Shown here one piece after another: positions 37,345-51,774 of a stretch of 64,000 bases of DNA. Position 1 is the first letter of the stretch; each line of letters begins with the position of its first letter. The notes under the pieces are model-generated. The model saw only the letters and a program-made list of their open reading frames with translations. It was not told where the DNA came from and ran no database searches. The stretch covers positions 185,566,001 to 185,630,000 of the forward strand of contig NC_042997.1 in the NCBI RefSeq assembly GCF_006345805.1, in the 5' to 3' direction. The DNA comes from Octopus sinensis (Eukaryota). Both the position numbers and the translations under genes were made by a program.

Positions 37345-37571
37345 TATATATATATATATATATATCTATATATATATATATGAGGGAATATTATTCCAAA
37401 CTTACAGGGAAAATTCAATTAGAAATACTAAATCAATTTCACAAAATATGATCATATATATGTAAATTAGAAAAATTAATCATTGTTATATGTTTTATCT
37501 TATCTTTCTATATATGATTTTTCTAAATGGCATAATTTAATTTTCATTATTGAATTGATAAAAAGTGGGTT

Positions 37572-37618
<47 letters not shown>

Positions 37619-38711
37619 TACAGTTCTGCTTCTACTTTACGGATGTTTGGAACGTAGCACCCGCGATAGTTGAGTGATTACTGTATAGTGTTAAATGCAG
37701 TAAATCAAACTTAAGCTATAGCTGTAACTGCCTGGCGAAATTTTGGGGTTTAGAGTTTTGAGCTATTGGTTGCTCAGTTTTGCTTGCCTTATGTCAACCG
37801 ATAATACCTTTTATAAAAATGATAAACATCAAAATATTCCACCTATTTCTTCTAAACAATGTGCTGCGTTTACTGCTTCATAATAAAAATATGTGAGTAT
37901 AAATTGAAGAAAACTAAACTTGGAAATTATGTGATATAGAATCATTTTTTTTTTTTTCTGAATTACTTCAAAAGAGAATTAACTACGAACCGTTCGGCTC
38001 ATGGCCAACAGACAGCAAGGCTCTCCTTTTGAAAACTCTATGACGCTTGTTTGTGATACACAGTTTAATATGAATACAGAAGAAATCCTAACAAATAAAA
38101 TATGATATTGATTAGAAAATTTCAGTCAATACGTCGTCAGAAATAGTATTTCTTAGTTGTCGATTAATCTATTTGCTAATGAGGAAAGAAAACTAACTCT
38201 TTATTGTTAAGTTACAATTGATTGCTATCTTCAGAATGTAAGAAATTTAAGCATAATATTGAGTAGTAAAAGAAATGATTGAACATCCTTCACATATCGC
38301 TGTTAGTCCGTTATTTTTTCTCCTTCAATTACAAAAAAAAAAAAAACGTTAAAATGTAATTTAAATGGTAAATTCTATCTTGTCTCGATTCGTTTTCTTC
38401 ATTCGCCATAAACATTAATATTTTATGAATTTATGCTTTCACTGTTTGGCTTGCTTTAATATCTATAATATTGTTAAATATATCTAATTACAGTTATGCA
38501 TAATTATTTTTTGTTGTTGCTATTTTATTCCATTTGAAATTATACAATTTTTTGTTGTGTTCATATACAATGACGCCAAATTTCTAATTTCCTAGAAATT
38601 GTAGAATTCTTTCAATATAATCTACAAATTCTCTTCTCCTCCCTCATATCTCTTTCCTATAACACAGTCACCTACTATTAGCTTAACCTGAGCTACGTAC
38701 GTATGTGTGCA

Positions 38712-38752
<41 letters not shown>

Positions 38753-38760
38753 ATAAAATA

Positions 38761-39082
38761 TTAGGGAATAAATCCGAACTTACAGGGAAAAATCAGATTT
38801 AGGATTGAATCCAATTTTATAGTAAATATTATATTATATTAAATTAGAGATAAAACCACTATTAGGCAAATCAAACAATGAAAAACTTAAGCCAATACAT
38901 AAAATTAATTAATTTATATTATTTTAAATATATATCAAAATTATTAAAAGTTTAATAAAAGATTATTTATTATACTTTTAATAATTGATATATATTTAAA
39001 ATAATATAATTAATTAAGTTTATGTATTGGCTTAAGTTTTTCATTGTTTGATTTGCCTAATAGTGGTTTTATCTCTAATTTA

Positions 39083-39090
<8 letters not shown>
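38761..39090. mobile_element. AT-rich (TA)n-flanked element with ~120-bp foldback
   Basis: 38832-38951 vs 38974-39090 are reverse complements with a few differences; left end matches 21172-21255. Confidence 0.8.
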
Positions 39091-39127
<37 letters not shown>

Positions 39128-39129
<2 letters not shown>

Positions 39130-39272
39130 GACGGGCTTCTTTCAGTTTTCGTCTACCAAATCCACGAACAAGTCTTTGATCGGCCCTAGTAGAAGACACT
39201 TGCCCAAGGTACCACGCAGTGGGACTGAACCCGGAACCATGTGGTTGGGAAGCAAGTTTCTTACCACAACCA
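39128..39272 (-). mobile_element. SINE group B, 5' half
   Basis: GACGGGCTTCTTTCAGTTT..GAAGACACTTGCCCAAGG..GTGGGACTGAACCCGGAACCATGTGG. Confidence 0.88.
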
Positions 39273-39834
39273 CGATCCCGATTACAGCCACAATATATAT
39301 ACTAATATATATATATATATATATAATATATATATGTATGAATGTATGTATCTATGTATGTATATATATGTATGTAAGCATATACATATAATAAGTATGT
39401 GACGTCTTTTAGGGTGATTTCTGACTAAAAATTTGAATTTTGTTTTACGTGGGGGACGTTGTTGCACATCAACAGATAGGGTTTATCCTGTGTGTATAAA
39501 CTTGAGACTAGTGATTTGAATCCATCTCCAAATAAATCGCATCAGCGCCACCGACGAGCTGAAATAACAAGCGAAGTATCAATATACGTCATTCTCGTTC
39601 ACCTCTGGAGTGATTTGTTTCACTTGACTTTGAAGCATTTTGTGTTTTTTCTAAGACTACGTCTTCAGCTGGAACTACCTGCATTAAATACCGTAGCTAA
39701 AAGCGCTTAATAACTCATATACATTGAGTACGTTATATAGAGGATATTTTCCTTATAGAGGTGCTCCTAATTCAAGATTTTAACTTTGTAAATATATATA
39801 TATCTAAGTTTGTATGATTGTGCATATATATATA

Positions 39835-39935
<101 letters not shown>

Positions 39936-40705
39936 CTATATATATATTAGTTTGTATGGTTGTCTATAGAACAATATATTAATCAATGAAATTCGATTTT
40001 TCACTGTATCACAGTTGTCAATTGTGGAACACGAGTCACTATATAAACCTGATGATTGCTTAAGGCATAAAAGTACTAGACACGCGCGCGCACACGCACA
40101 CACGCGCACACACACAGACATACACATATACATAATATGTGTGTATGTGTGTGTGTGTGTGTGTGTAAAAACAAACATCGAATTGTGTCGAATGAATGAA
40201 GAGGGAGTTCTCAATACATGGTTTCTTGAAACTGAATCTTAATGTGACAACGCGAGTTTCACGCCATTGCGATTTCCGTGCGAGAACTGACACATAGCGA
40301 TTTGGTTGTGTCACTTCCGCCTATGTATTCGTATATGAAGCACATCGAGAAGGATAATGGTATTTTCTGCTATGATGATAATTACGTTCTCGCTTTGAAC
40401 AAGAAGAATACCTGAATTCTGATGTAGCCTCAATAGAAGCCAAAAATAGTCGGTTATGTTTCCTTTCGTATTTTCAGAGTTACCTGAAGTTTGACTATGA
40501 GTTTTATTTTCACGATACAGTTAAACGACAGGAAATGCAAAAGAGGGCTGCAAAATTAAAAACCCTCATTTACCAAATGCCTCATATCAGAAGAGGATTG
40601 AAGTAATAAAAACGTTACATTGCCAATGGTGATGCCCCAGCTGGGCCACAGCTCTCAAGCTTAAACGAGTGAAAGTGTAAAAGAGCATATACTTAAGTAT
40701 GTACA

Positions 40706-40709
40706 CATT

Positions 40710-40768
<59 letters not shown>

Positions 40769-40806
40769 GTCTGTCTGTTTGTCTGTCTATTTTATCTATC
40801 TGTCTG

Positions 40807-40841
<35 letters not shown>

Positions 40842-40947
40842 GTCTGTCTGTCCGTCTGTCTGTCTGTTTGTCTATCTATCTGTCTATCTATCTATCTATC
40901 TATCTGTCTGTCAAACATATCTATCTGTCTGTCTATCTATCTATCTA

Positions 40948-40978
<31 letters not shown>

Positions 40979-40987
40979 ATCTATCTG

Positions 40988-41046
<59 letters not shown>

Positions 41047-41047
41047 G

Positions 41048-41091
<44 letters not shown>

Positions 41092-41150
41092 CCTATCTGT
41101 CTGACTGTCTATCTGTCTGCCTATCTGTCTGTCTCCGTCTCTCTCTCTAT
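40706..41150. repeat. Long (CTAT)n/(CTGT)n tetranucleotide tract
   Basis: Direct inspection; source of the LSIY-repeat ORFs. Confidence 0.95.
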
Positions 41151-41791
41151 ATATATGTATGTACTTACATGCATATCCATTTACACACGCACACATACAC
41201 ACACACACAAATAGGTATATATACGTACATTAATATATATAATGTTTCCCTCACTTTATCGCTCATCTATTGTGTGTTTATCGGTTATGTTTCTAATTCG
41301 TCTTCATTATCATTTTTCATAGCCTTCTCTACCACTACTACAGCATTTTCCCCTTTCTTTCCCTTTTGTCGCTCTCATCCTTTCGCTCTCTGCTTATACA
41401 CTAGAGTTTCTTCAGTATCAAATCGTATCTTGCGAATTAAGCCGAAACGTTATCTCATACAAAATAGTTATCAGATTTTGAGTCTAAAATCTGTTCAGCG
41501 TGATAAATTACAGTACTTATTCGACAAACATATTGCAGATATGACAAGAATTTTATTAATGAGGATTTGTCATGTGAGAGGGTTCATTCTTACCGAAAAA
41601 ATTTATAACATTTTTGAAATTTATTTTTTTATTGATTGAAAAGTAGCACAGATTAACAAATGTAACTGTATAAACGTAAAGGACGTGAAATCATTCGATG
41701 TTACTTGTATCAAAGAAAACAGCTTTGATCCAAATTATAAATGCTAACTTTTTTTTATATAAGTTGATATTCTGTCTAATATCATACCTAT

Positions 41792-42020
41792 TTCTTTACT
41801 ACCCACAAGGAGCTAAACACAGAGGGGACACACAAGGACAAACACACGGATTAAGTCGATTATATCGACCCCAGTGCGTAACTGGTACTTATTTAATCGA
41901 CCCCGAAAGGATGAAAGGCAAAGTCGACCTCGGCGGAATTTGAACTCAGAACGTAACGGCAGACGAAATACGGCTACGCATTTCACCCAGCGTGTTAACG
42001 TTTCTGCCAGCTCGCCGCCT
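41792..42020 (-). mobile_element. SINE group A, full length
   Basis: Full head and tail; TCT(A/T)ATATCATACCT on both flanks. Confidence 0.92.
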
Positions 42021-42365
42021 GTCTTATATCATACCTCCATCCTATAGGTCATTGCACACTAAAAAGGCTTCTAATTGTTGACTTGGTCCAACGGTACATT
42101 CTTTCAAAATTCACCATTATACGTTTTACCGATGAAATGAATATCCCAATTTCATTATTCTCTCTAAATTTTAGATGACTCCAGCAACATCCATATACTT
42201 GTACCATGCACTTTTGTAATCTTTATTCAGGTATATCCTTCGATAATGAAAATATATTTAACATTACACTAGTTAACAATAACATTGGTTCAGTAACTTC
42301 ATCCGGGCACTCAACAAAGTTCGGTCCTTTTACGCAGGTTTATTGTGTTTTGTCTCACACTTATA

Positions 42366-43560
42366 TCAGGTCATCCCAGAAGTTCTGTCCGAATTTTGAA
42401 TAAAGAAAACAAGTGATCAAATGTTATATTTAATTGAAATTTAATCATCAATGTACTTTCCCTGATTATCTATGACTTCCTTCCATCTATTTACAAGCTC
42501 TTTAATCCCATCAATGCAAAACACTTTTGGTTTCAAAGCGAAGAACTCTGAAATGTCAGTTTCGACCTCCTCCTGGCTTGCGAAAAAGTGTCCCCCAAAT
42601 GAGTCTGTAAACTACGAAACAGATGGTAGTCCGAAGGAGCGAGGTCGCGAGAATAAGGTGAACGAGGAATTTTTTCCCAACCAAGCTCTTCGATATTCTG
42701 TGACGTGATCTTTGCAGTGTGGGGTCGCGCATTGTTCTCATGAAACATCACTCCTTTTCGATTCACTAAAGTGGGTTTTTTCATTCAAGGCTTGCTTAAA
42801 ACGCTCTAATTGCTGACAGTAGACTTGAGCATTGATTGTTGCATTAGGTGGTAACAATTCAAAGTGAATTACTCTTTTGCAATCCCACCAGATAGAGAGA
42901 AGAACCTTTTTCCCATGAAGTTCCCTTCTCGGTTGTGGTTGAGCCTTTTCCCTTTTACCAAGCCACTGTTTACGACGTTTAACATTTCGATAGAAGATCC
43001 ATTTCTCGTCACCAGTCACAAGTCTATCCAAAAAGGGTGAAAAGAGTTCGCAAGAATGGAGAGAAGAGAAGATGTCAACTCGGGATTTGCGGTTGCTTTC
43101 GGACATTTCATGAGGCACTCATTTTCCAAGTTTAGGAATCTTTCCAAGTTGTTGAAGATGACAATGAACAGTTGTATGGTTTGAACTAAGCTTTATTGCC
43201 AATTCTTCAAATGATAATGCAGGATTTTGTTCAAGTAATACCTCAAGGAGCTTTATCATCAAACTCAACTGCACGTCCTGTTCGATCTTCATCTTCAAAG
43301 CTGAAATCTTCACTTCTGAATTTTGCAAACTATCTTCTACAAGTTCTTTCATTCAAGCACTTTTTCCCATAAACTGAGTATATGTTTCGAGTCGCTTCGA
43401 CGGCAGTGTTTCTTTTTTGTACCCATAAAGCATTATGTGTCTGAAATGCTCTTTGGATACTTCCATGTTAGAAAGGGTTTTAATCAAAGAAATTTTAATT
43501 CTATTATTCTGTAAAATGATATTTAATTAGTTTAAATGTACACAAATGCATAAAAATAAT
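42366..43560 (-). mobile_element. Mariner element, one TIR visible
   Basis: TA|TCAGGTCATCCCAGAAGTTCTGTCCG at the left end, plus the transposase pseudogene; no matching right TIR found. Confidence 0.85.
42441..43466 (-). pseudogene. Mariner DD34D transposase, frameshifted
   Basis: MEVSKEHFRHIMLY..; ..GK(W)xPHEM; LVTGDEKWIFY; KKVLLSIWWD; FHENNARPH; PYSRDLAPSDYHLF; ends ..GKYIDD*. Confidence 0.92.
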
Positions 43561-44789
43561 TTTAAATTCTATTAGACATTCTGAAATACTATTAAATTTC
43601 ACTCAATTGAAAGAGAATAAACTATACACAAGCAATAGGTGTACACACTCATACTAACTGTAACCACAATCCGATAAAACCCTACATGTTCACTCGGATG
43701 TCTAGAAATAGCAGCCAAATCTCTATTCCCTTTAATATTGCAGAACACATTTCATAAAGCAGTATTCGATATACTATGGAAAAAGTAAATTTTAAAAAAA
43801 TAGTAATGCTTACAGTTAGAAGACCAATGATTATGAGCGTACCCGATGAGGACGGATACACACACGCTACGGGTTCTCTCCAACCACGCCGCAATATCTA
43901 ATTTTAAGTATATAAGTACAGAGTCATACTTTCTATTGCTGCTTGCAGTTATAAGTATCAAGATTTTGGTAGATAAAAGAATTCTAGCTTTGACACATGG
44001 TCACACATTTGCACAGTTGAGTTGTAGTCAATTGAATCAACATCGCTCGTAGCGAGTACATAATTTATCAGACTTGATGACGGTTAACAGAAACTGAAAT
44101 CTGGTGCGACCTGAATTCATAGGAAAAAAAACCCTGCTAGGAGTATATATATTGTAAAATGGTAACTAGCTAATCAACTTGTAATGGATACACTGCATGG
44201 GGATAAGATACTGACTGACATTTTCCAAATACCCAATTATCTATGGAACTCACTAACAACTCATAATCTAACGGATATACAGAAAGCACTTAAACTGATT
44301 TACACGGACATACATTTCCAAATTCCTCTTATGAACAATAATCCCGAAGCATAAAATCCTACAGTAATAAAGTTGTGAAGGGACGTTGAACGTTTGAAGT
44401 GAATTTGACGTTTGTAGAGTACAAATATGCTAAAGCACTGACTCCTTTGCATCAAGTTGGCTTGAGTGAGGGGAGATAAACTAATTGCTAAGGAAGCCGA
44501 ATGATAAATTGATGATATCGTTGTTCGTAGCCTGAGATAAAGCGATGCTAAATAGTGTCAGATAGGCATTGTAGGTTATATCTAGCTTAACGATCTAATT
44601 TATGCATGTATGATCCCTGTCCTCCTTTTTTTGCAACGCAGAATTAGTTATTACAACTGCATATACGGTTAAATTCATACAGGCAACTATGAAGAAAAAT
44701 ATGAACCACACTACTTCGATAATAAAAACAGACCAAAAACAACGTTTAAAGAAAATAAATAATCAGCGTTGGAACTGACTCACACAAAT

Positions 44790-44859
44790 ACATACATACA
44801 ACCATACATACACACATACATACTTACATACATATATATATATATGCATACATATACAT

Positions 44860-44904
<45 letters not shown>

Positions 44905-45059
44905 TATATATATACATACATATCTATCTATCTATCTATATATATATATATATATACATGCACATCTTCATATGTATATATATATATATGTGTGTGTGCG
45001 TGTTTATATACATGTATATTTATTCATCTGAATATACGTATATATGTATATATATGTAT

Positions 45060-45108
<49 letters not shown>

Positions 45109-45115
45109 TAAATAC

Positions 45116-45146
<31 letters not shown>

Positions 45147-45420
45147 TATACATATATTTCAACAATTGAGGGTAAAATTAATAATTATTAATCAATTTCA
45201 CCAAGTATTCAGTATGCAAAGGGACCATTTAAGGCGAATTCATATTATTCAATTTATATATACATATATATATGTATATATATGTATATATATAAATTTA
45301 TATATATATATATTATATATATATATTATAATATATATATATATATAATATATATATATATATATTATATATATATATATTATATATATATTATATATAT
45401 ATATATATATATAAAATATG
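44790..45420. repeat. Degenerate (TA)n/(CATA)n tracts with a short AT-rich insert at 45160-45255
   Basis: Direct inspection. Confidence 0.9.
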
Positions 45421-45989
45421 TATGTATGCGTTTTGTATGTATTACGAATATGTATTTAGGCGTGTGAGCAGATATGTTGTAGCTGAGGACAAACTACTGG
45501 ATCCTACTGAAATTATAAACTAAAAAAAAAAAATAAGGGAAAAGAAAAGAAACAGTAATAATTGAAAGAGAGACAGCAAAGTAGAAAACAATACTGAAAT
45601 ATTAATGGAAAATGTCAGAGAAAGAAAGAGAAAGAGAGAGAGAGAGAGGGAGAGAGGGAGAGAGACAAACAGTCAAACAGACAGAGGAGAGAATGAGTGA
45701 AGGTAGAAGAACTAGCGACAGTCAAAGAATTGGTTTCGTGAGGCTGTTAAAGAATCTGAATTATTTTCTCAATAACAGGTCACGTGAGCTATGACTAATG
45801 CATGGCACTGTCCAACCAGATTGACACATGAAATATGGTGGTCTTAATTAGCCTTAAATTGTCCGTTATTATCATTATTTATCAGCATTCCTGTTGGGTA
45901 AGGTCGTAAACCCCAGGAAGGAATGCGGCTCCTAAGGAACATGAATCAAACAGGACCTAAGCTAGTTTATGACAACGTAAACAACTAAA

Positions 45990-46027
45990 ATAATAATAAT
46001 GATAACAATAATAATAATGATGATAAT

Positions 46028-46074
<47 letters not shown>

Positions 46075-46106
46075 TAATAATAATGATGATGATAATGATA
46101 ATAATA

Positions 46107-46153
<47 letters not shown>

Positions 46154-46196
46154 AACAATAATGATGATAATGAAAATGATAATGATGATAATAATG

Positions 46197-46242
<46 letters not shown>
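45990..46242. repeat. (AAT)n/(GAT)n trinucleotide tract
   Basis: Direct inspection. Confidence 0.95.
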
Positions 46243-46245
<3 letters not shown>

Positions 46246-46435
46246 CAAAAACACCAGGACTTACAAACACATATAACATACAGAAAATTGCACTACTAGG
46301 CACTGCACACATCCTACGCAGAACACTTGCACTACAATAACCATCAGAGCATCACAACAAATCACAGCACATACCCAAGGCACACAGAGCTGCGCTCGGT
46401 AGTGAAGTGAAAGCACGCTATAAAAAATAAAACTA

Positions 46436-46440
<5 letters not shown>
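46243..46440 (+). mobile_element. 3' end fragment of R4/Dong-clade LINE in (TAA)n
   Basis: Near-identical to 62995-63193; ends CTACTGAA(TAA)n. Confidence 0.92.
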
Positions 46441-46507
<67 letters not shown>

Positions 46508-47065
46508 TGCCCTGATGCAGTACCAGGCAGTGGCTCTCATGGCTTCTGATCTTAACTGATTGGAAGTGTTATCATGTACATTGTTTTGTCTTGGTATAAA
46601 AGATGGGCTACAGCAAATATTCTGCTCAATACCACAGATTTGCTTGTCAGTTGTTTGACCTTAACCAGTTGAGCATGTCCCTTAGTGGCTGACGATATGT
46701 GCATCTCTGATCACGAGCAGAAGTAGTGGGGGAGCATCATAGCCATGTGTTGAGAGGGATTCTTTGGGGTTTGAATAGTTCACCTCTGGAAACATGGGTG
46801 GTTCTTTCAACATCCTTAAACAACCCTTATTCAGGGACCGTTTGAGCAGGATGGGCTACTCAAAATGAAGAAAATTCTAACTGGGCCCCACCTGCAAGGT
46901 CATGTGCTGTTTATCTTGATATGAGATCACCATGTCGCGCACATATGGTTGTGATGCATGTGCCTGGTGTACCTTTATCAGACGGGTAGTCATGATGGGT
47001 ATATTGGGCTTCGTATATTTTACCCCAGTGTCACTTTGATGGCATGAACTGCTCTCTCACTCAAT
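46508..47065. mobile_element. Unclassified ~560-bp element bounded by (AAT)n tracts
   Basis: GC-richer non-coding block with (AAT)n on both sides; single copy in the window, so repeat status is inferred. Confidence 0.45.
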
Positions 47066-47084
47066 GATAATAATAATAATAACG

Positions 47085-47478
47085 ATAATAAGGGGCAGCA
47101 ATATTGATGAAGGGAGAAAGACGATTACATCAGTTCCAGTACTTGACTCGTACTTATTTTATCGACCCCGAAAGGATGAAAGACGGAATTTGAACTGAGA
47201 ACTTAAAGACGGACGAAATGCCACAAAGCATTTTGCCCGACGTGCTCACGATTCTGCTAGTTCACTGTCTTAACAACAACAAAAATAACAACAACAACTG
47301 CAACGACGACAACAACAACGACAACAATGAAGTGAACCGAGATGATAGTTAACACGCCGGGTAAAAAGCTTAACGTTATTTCTTCTGGATTTACATTCTG
47401 AGTTCGAATACTGCTTGAGGTCATTTTTGTCTTTCATCCTTTCGGGCTGTAAAAAATAAATATCAGTAGAACACTGGG
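47085..47478. mobile_element. Two degenerate group A SINEs (47085-47272 minus; 47345-47478 plus)
   Basis: TCGACCCCGAAAGGATGAAAG..GGAATTTGAACT; TTAACACGCCGGG..TTCTGAGTTCGAAT. Confidence 0.75.
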
Positions 47479-47599
47479 ACCTGTTTTAAATACATTCCAG
47501 ATGTCGTACACACTGGAAATTTTCTGAAATCTCTTCCGATTCGCCTTTAATGTAATATAAAGTGGTGATATTTTGACTTACATTCTCAGTTCTGTACCT

Positions 47600-48060
47600 C
47601 TGTTCTTGGAAGCTGATGTTATGCTAGCAGAGTGTTTGTTATTCAGAGTCTCTCTTATCGCGACTATTTCTTGTTTCGGGTCCTCACTTTGAGTCATTCT
47701 TGGTGTAGATTATTCCTTTCTTCCATCTATTGATGAAAGGAATCACAATGTTCTAGGCTCTGTTGTCTAAGTACAGCATATCATCCACTAAGCACATTCC
47801 TTGTAAATATAATGGGTTCGATATGACTTCATTTCAAAAATTCTTTACACACTTAAAAACTCTAACATTCATTCTAACTAGGTGCTGAGTTTAAATGCGA
47901 TATGTTTATCTGAAAAGGTTGCTATAGATGAGGAACTATCGGTTGTTAAAGATAAACTGAAGTCGAATTCTTTAAGTACGGACTTACCAAGTATCCCGAT
48001 AGATAATCTGATGAAGATGTTGACATTCTGTGGAACGTCGCCGATTTCAGATGATTTAAT
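47600..48060. pseudogene. Possible Penelope-like RT remnants
   Basis: Plus strand KVAIDEELSVVKDKL..LPSIPIDNLMKMLTFC resembles the PLE RT segment after SLFTNVP; minus strand LVDDMLY and KQEIVAIRETL; weak. Confidence 0.3.
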
Positions 48061-48200
48061 ATAACGTAAAAAATTCGCTTCAAGAATTGGACATCAGAGC
48101 TTGTGTTCCGGGACACCTTCGAAAAGAAGAAAAACGTTGGAATGGGTTTATGAACATTGGAATTAAATACTTAGAAGACCACCAATAAATTTAGTTTGCT

Positions 48201-48565
48201 CTTTTATTCTCTTTTACTCTTTTACTTGTTTCAGTCATTTGACTGCGGCCATACTGTAGCACCGCCTTTAGTCGAAAAAATCGACCCCGGGACTTATTCT
48301 TTGTAAGCCCAGTACTTATTCTATCTATCTTTTTGCCGAACCGCTAAGTGACGGGGACGTAAACACACCAGCATCGGTTGTCAAGTAATGCTAGGGGGAC
48401 AAACACAGACACACAAACATATACACCCATATACATATATATATATATATATATACATATATACGACGGGCTTCTTTGAGTATCCATCTACCAAATCCAC
48501 TCACAAGGCTTTGGTCGGTCCGAGGCTATAGCAGAAGACACTTTCCCAAGATGCCACGCAGTGGA
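48201..48565 (-). mobile_element. SINE group B, 5' truncated
   Basis: Tail TTTTACTTGTTTCAGTCATTTGACTGCGGCC through core GAAGACACTTTCCCAAGATGCCACGCAGTGG. Confidence 0.9.
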
Positions 48566-49663
48566 ATGCAATCTTAAGTGCTTCAAATAAATTCAAAGTA
48601 TTTGAGGAATTTTGAATAATTCCACCCATATATCCGTCTTCTCTGCCCACTATTCATGAGAGGATTACTAGGACCCCTCATAGAGTCCTAGTAGAAACAA
48701 CCGTCATTAGACTTTCCAGCTGGATTCCTAAGAGTGACCAATCGAGACTATGGATATTATTCATCCATATTATTCTTAGTCATTCCCTAAGTCTCCTCCT
48801 GGTTGGCTCAGCTTAAAAACACTGCCTTGCGATTCTCCTCCCCGACATTCTAATCACATCAGATATCGTAAATCAAAGAGGATACCGTTTATTTCACCAC
48901 GTCGTCCACACTCGTTCAGTCCGTACAGAAAATATGCACTAATATTAATGAAATATAGAACTGTTATGTCGGATATAAAACTCACTAGACAGTTAGTATG
49001 AGGAAATTCTTTCATAAATCTCTATGCAAGAATTTCTAACTACTGAGTGAGTAGCTAATTTTAATTCCTACACAATTGATTTGCCAAATCTAGAAGAAAG
49101 AAAAGCTCATATTTCAATAGCATCTATTCATTCAGCATCAACAAAAGCCATTTCCCTTGCTCTTGGGTTATATTTATTTATTAATTCTTCTATTTATATA
49201 TTTCGCACATGGTGCAGAAGAGATAACAATAACACGTGTTCCTGAATAAGTTAATGAAGAGATGAATGTGGGGCACATTTCTTAACGGATTTTCTCGGCA
49301 ATCAATCGGCTCACGATGCACTTTAACAATTCAAGTCTCGGTGCATTTTGGAACAATTTTGCATATGCGTTTTAACGTTGCTGCTTCTCTTCAATCCTTT
49401 CGCTAACTGGAATCGTTAAGCACTGTTACGTTTCAAGTAATATAACCTTTTAAGCATACGGATAGTACTGAACATAGCCTGAACAGTGCTATGCAAAAAT
49501 CTCGGTAACTTTTATTGATTAAAAATTTTAAAAAGTATATATACACATATAATAAGTTCTATTATTCCTGTTTGTTTTACTAAACATGCTTGCATGCGTG
49601 CCTACCTGCCAACCTACCTACCTACCAACCTACCTACCTACCTATCTACTTATCTATCTATTA

Positions 49664-49745
<82 letters not shown>

Positions 49746-49760
49746 TTATCTATCTGCAGA

Positions 49761-49860
49761 GAATGGTATCTCATACCTGTGAAGATGCTGAAGGATTTGT
49801 ACGCATCTCTTCCCAGGCGCATTGAGGCAATTATTCAAGCGAAAGGGAAGCCACACGAAA
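49761..49860 (+). pseudogene. Tc1-type transposase C-terminal fragment
   Basis: Manual translation EWYLIPVKMLKDLYASLPRRIEAIIQAKG matches the Tc1 EW..IP..L..SMP.R..AVI.AKG pattern. Confidence 0.65.
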
Positions 49861-50308
49861 CATTAACAATATGCAGTAACTTCTTGAAATGAACATTATG
49901 TAGTAAATTTTCATTATAAATAATTTTCTGCTGTAAAACACTGAATCTTGATTGGTTTATGTGAGGTAGCCGAAAACTTTTGCACGGACTATTTTGGTGG
50001 TCGTCTCGCATCTTTCCATCTCATTGAGAACCCCTACAACAAAATATAATGATTAGGTATAGAAATGATATCAACAGGACCAATGTTTCATCTGTAAGAA
50101 ACGCAATGCAAAATATCCACTTATACGTTGGCAATTAGTAGAAATTTACAATAGTTTAAAGTGGCCTAAGACTTTTCCACACTACTGTAGTTCTACGTAA
50201 CAAACCACACAGGTTTCAGAGATGTAAAAGATGGAATGGAACAATTGATATAATCATATATTTGCACATATAAACCTACTCACTCATGCACACGGATTTA
50301 TACCATTC

Positions 50309-50351
<43 letters not shown>

Positions 50352-50352
<1 letters not shown>

Positions 50353-51643
50353 GAGGGGGCGTTCAATAAGTAATGCCCCTGACCTACTTCCCATAGCAGT
50401 AGAGCAACGAAACTTGGAACAGTTATTAGTCTTTTTCTACATAGGAACAACCCAGAGTTACGCATTTCTCCCATCGTTTGATGCAGCTCTGAAGACCGTT
50501 TTTGTAGAAGACCCCAGCTTGGTCCTCCAGCCACGACGTGACTTCAGAAATCAAGGCTGCATCATCTGGAAACGCTTTCCTTTTAAAAACAACTTCATGG
50601 CTGGGAAGAGGTGAAAATCAGAGGGTGCAAGGTCAGGAGAGTAGGGGGGATGGGGGATGAGTTCATAGCCGCACGCCTGTGCTTCTGATCTGGCGACACG
50701 CGAGTTGTGGATCGGAGCGTTGTCCTGCAGGAGGAGGATGCCTTTGCTGATCTTGCCCCACCTCTTGATTTTGATAGCTTTTCTTAATTTCTTCAAAAGT
50801 GAAGCATAATAGACTCCTGTAATTGTGGCACCCTTTGCCAGGAAATCTGTCTTCACTACTCCGTCCTGGTCCCAGAAGACTGTAAGCATGACCTTGCCAG
50901 CGGAGGGCTGCACCCTTGCCTTCTTTGGAGGAGGTGAGTCACGGTGCTTTCACTGCATTGACTGGGCTTTGGTCTCTGGATCATAGTGATGGACCCAGGT
51001 TTTATCCTATGCAATCAGTCTTTTGAAAAATTTTGACTCATCTTCTTGGCACATCTCCAAATTCATCCTCGAGCAATCGACGCGTTCTTGCTTCTGGAAA
51101 GGTGTGAGCAACCTGGGAATCCATCTGGCAGACACCTTTTGCATATGTAAATGGTCATGAATAATAGTTTTCATAGACCCGGTACTAATCTTGACCTCAT
51201 GGGCTATTTGGCGAATAGTTATGCGTCGATCTTCCAAAATGGCAGCCTCAACTTGACAGATAGATGCCTCATCAATGGCAGAAGGGGGCGACCAGATCTG
51301 GGAGCTGTTTCCAAAGAGTTCCGACCATGTTTGAATTCACGATGCCAGGGTTTTACAAGGTCATATGATGGGGCATCATCACCATAAGTTACTTTTATTT
51401 CATCAAAAGTCTCCCGTGGTGTGCGTCCTTTCAAATACAAAAACCGGATCACTGGTCGACACTCAACATGCTCCATTTCACACTTGACTCAGTTCAAACA
51501 CCTGTAAATCGGAAACCACAATTAGTTCAGAGCTGTAATTTGCCACTTAATCTATAGAGATATAAATAATTGCACATGCAAAATTTCAGCTAGATCAAAC
51601 AAATGCAAGTGGGTCAGAGGCATTACTTATTGAACGCCCCTCG
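50352..51643 (-). mobile_element. Full-length mariner (irritans-like TIRs), 1292 bp, inserted in (TA)n
   Basis: TIRs CGAGGGG(G)CGTTCAATAAGTAATGCC.CTGACC at both ends, each flanked by TA. Confidence 0.95.
50426..51476 (-). pseudogene. Mariner DD34D transposase with stops and frameshifts
   Basis: MEHVECRPVIRFL..; ARWIPRLL; DKTWVHHYDPE; GKVMLTVFWD; LQDNAPIH; HPPYSPDLAPSDFHLF; ends ..YVEKD*. Confidence 0.95.
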
Positions 51644-51687
51644 TATATATATATATATGTATATATACATATGTATATATATCTATA

Positions 51688-51774
<87 letters not shown>

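Noticed and set aside
40478-40606. Plus-strand TTTTCAG acceptor followed by SYLKFDYEFYFHDTVKRQEMQKRAAKLKTLIYQMPHIRRGLK*
   Set aside because: No recognisable homology or partner exon; may be chance
40699-41639. 286-aa and 171-aa ORFs
   Set aside because: Driven by the (CTAT)n tract
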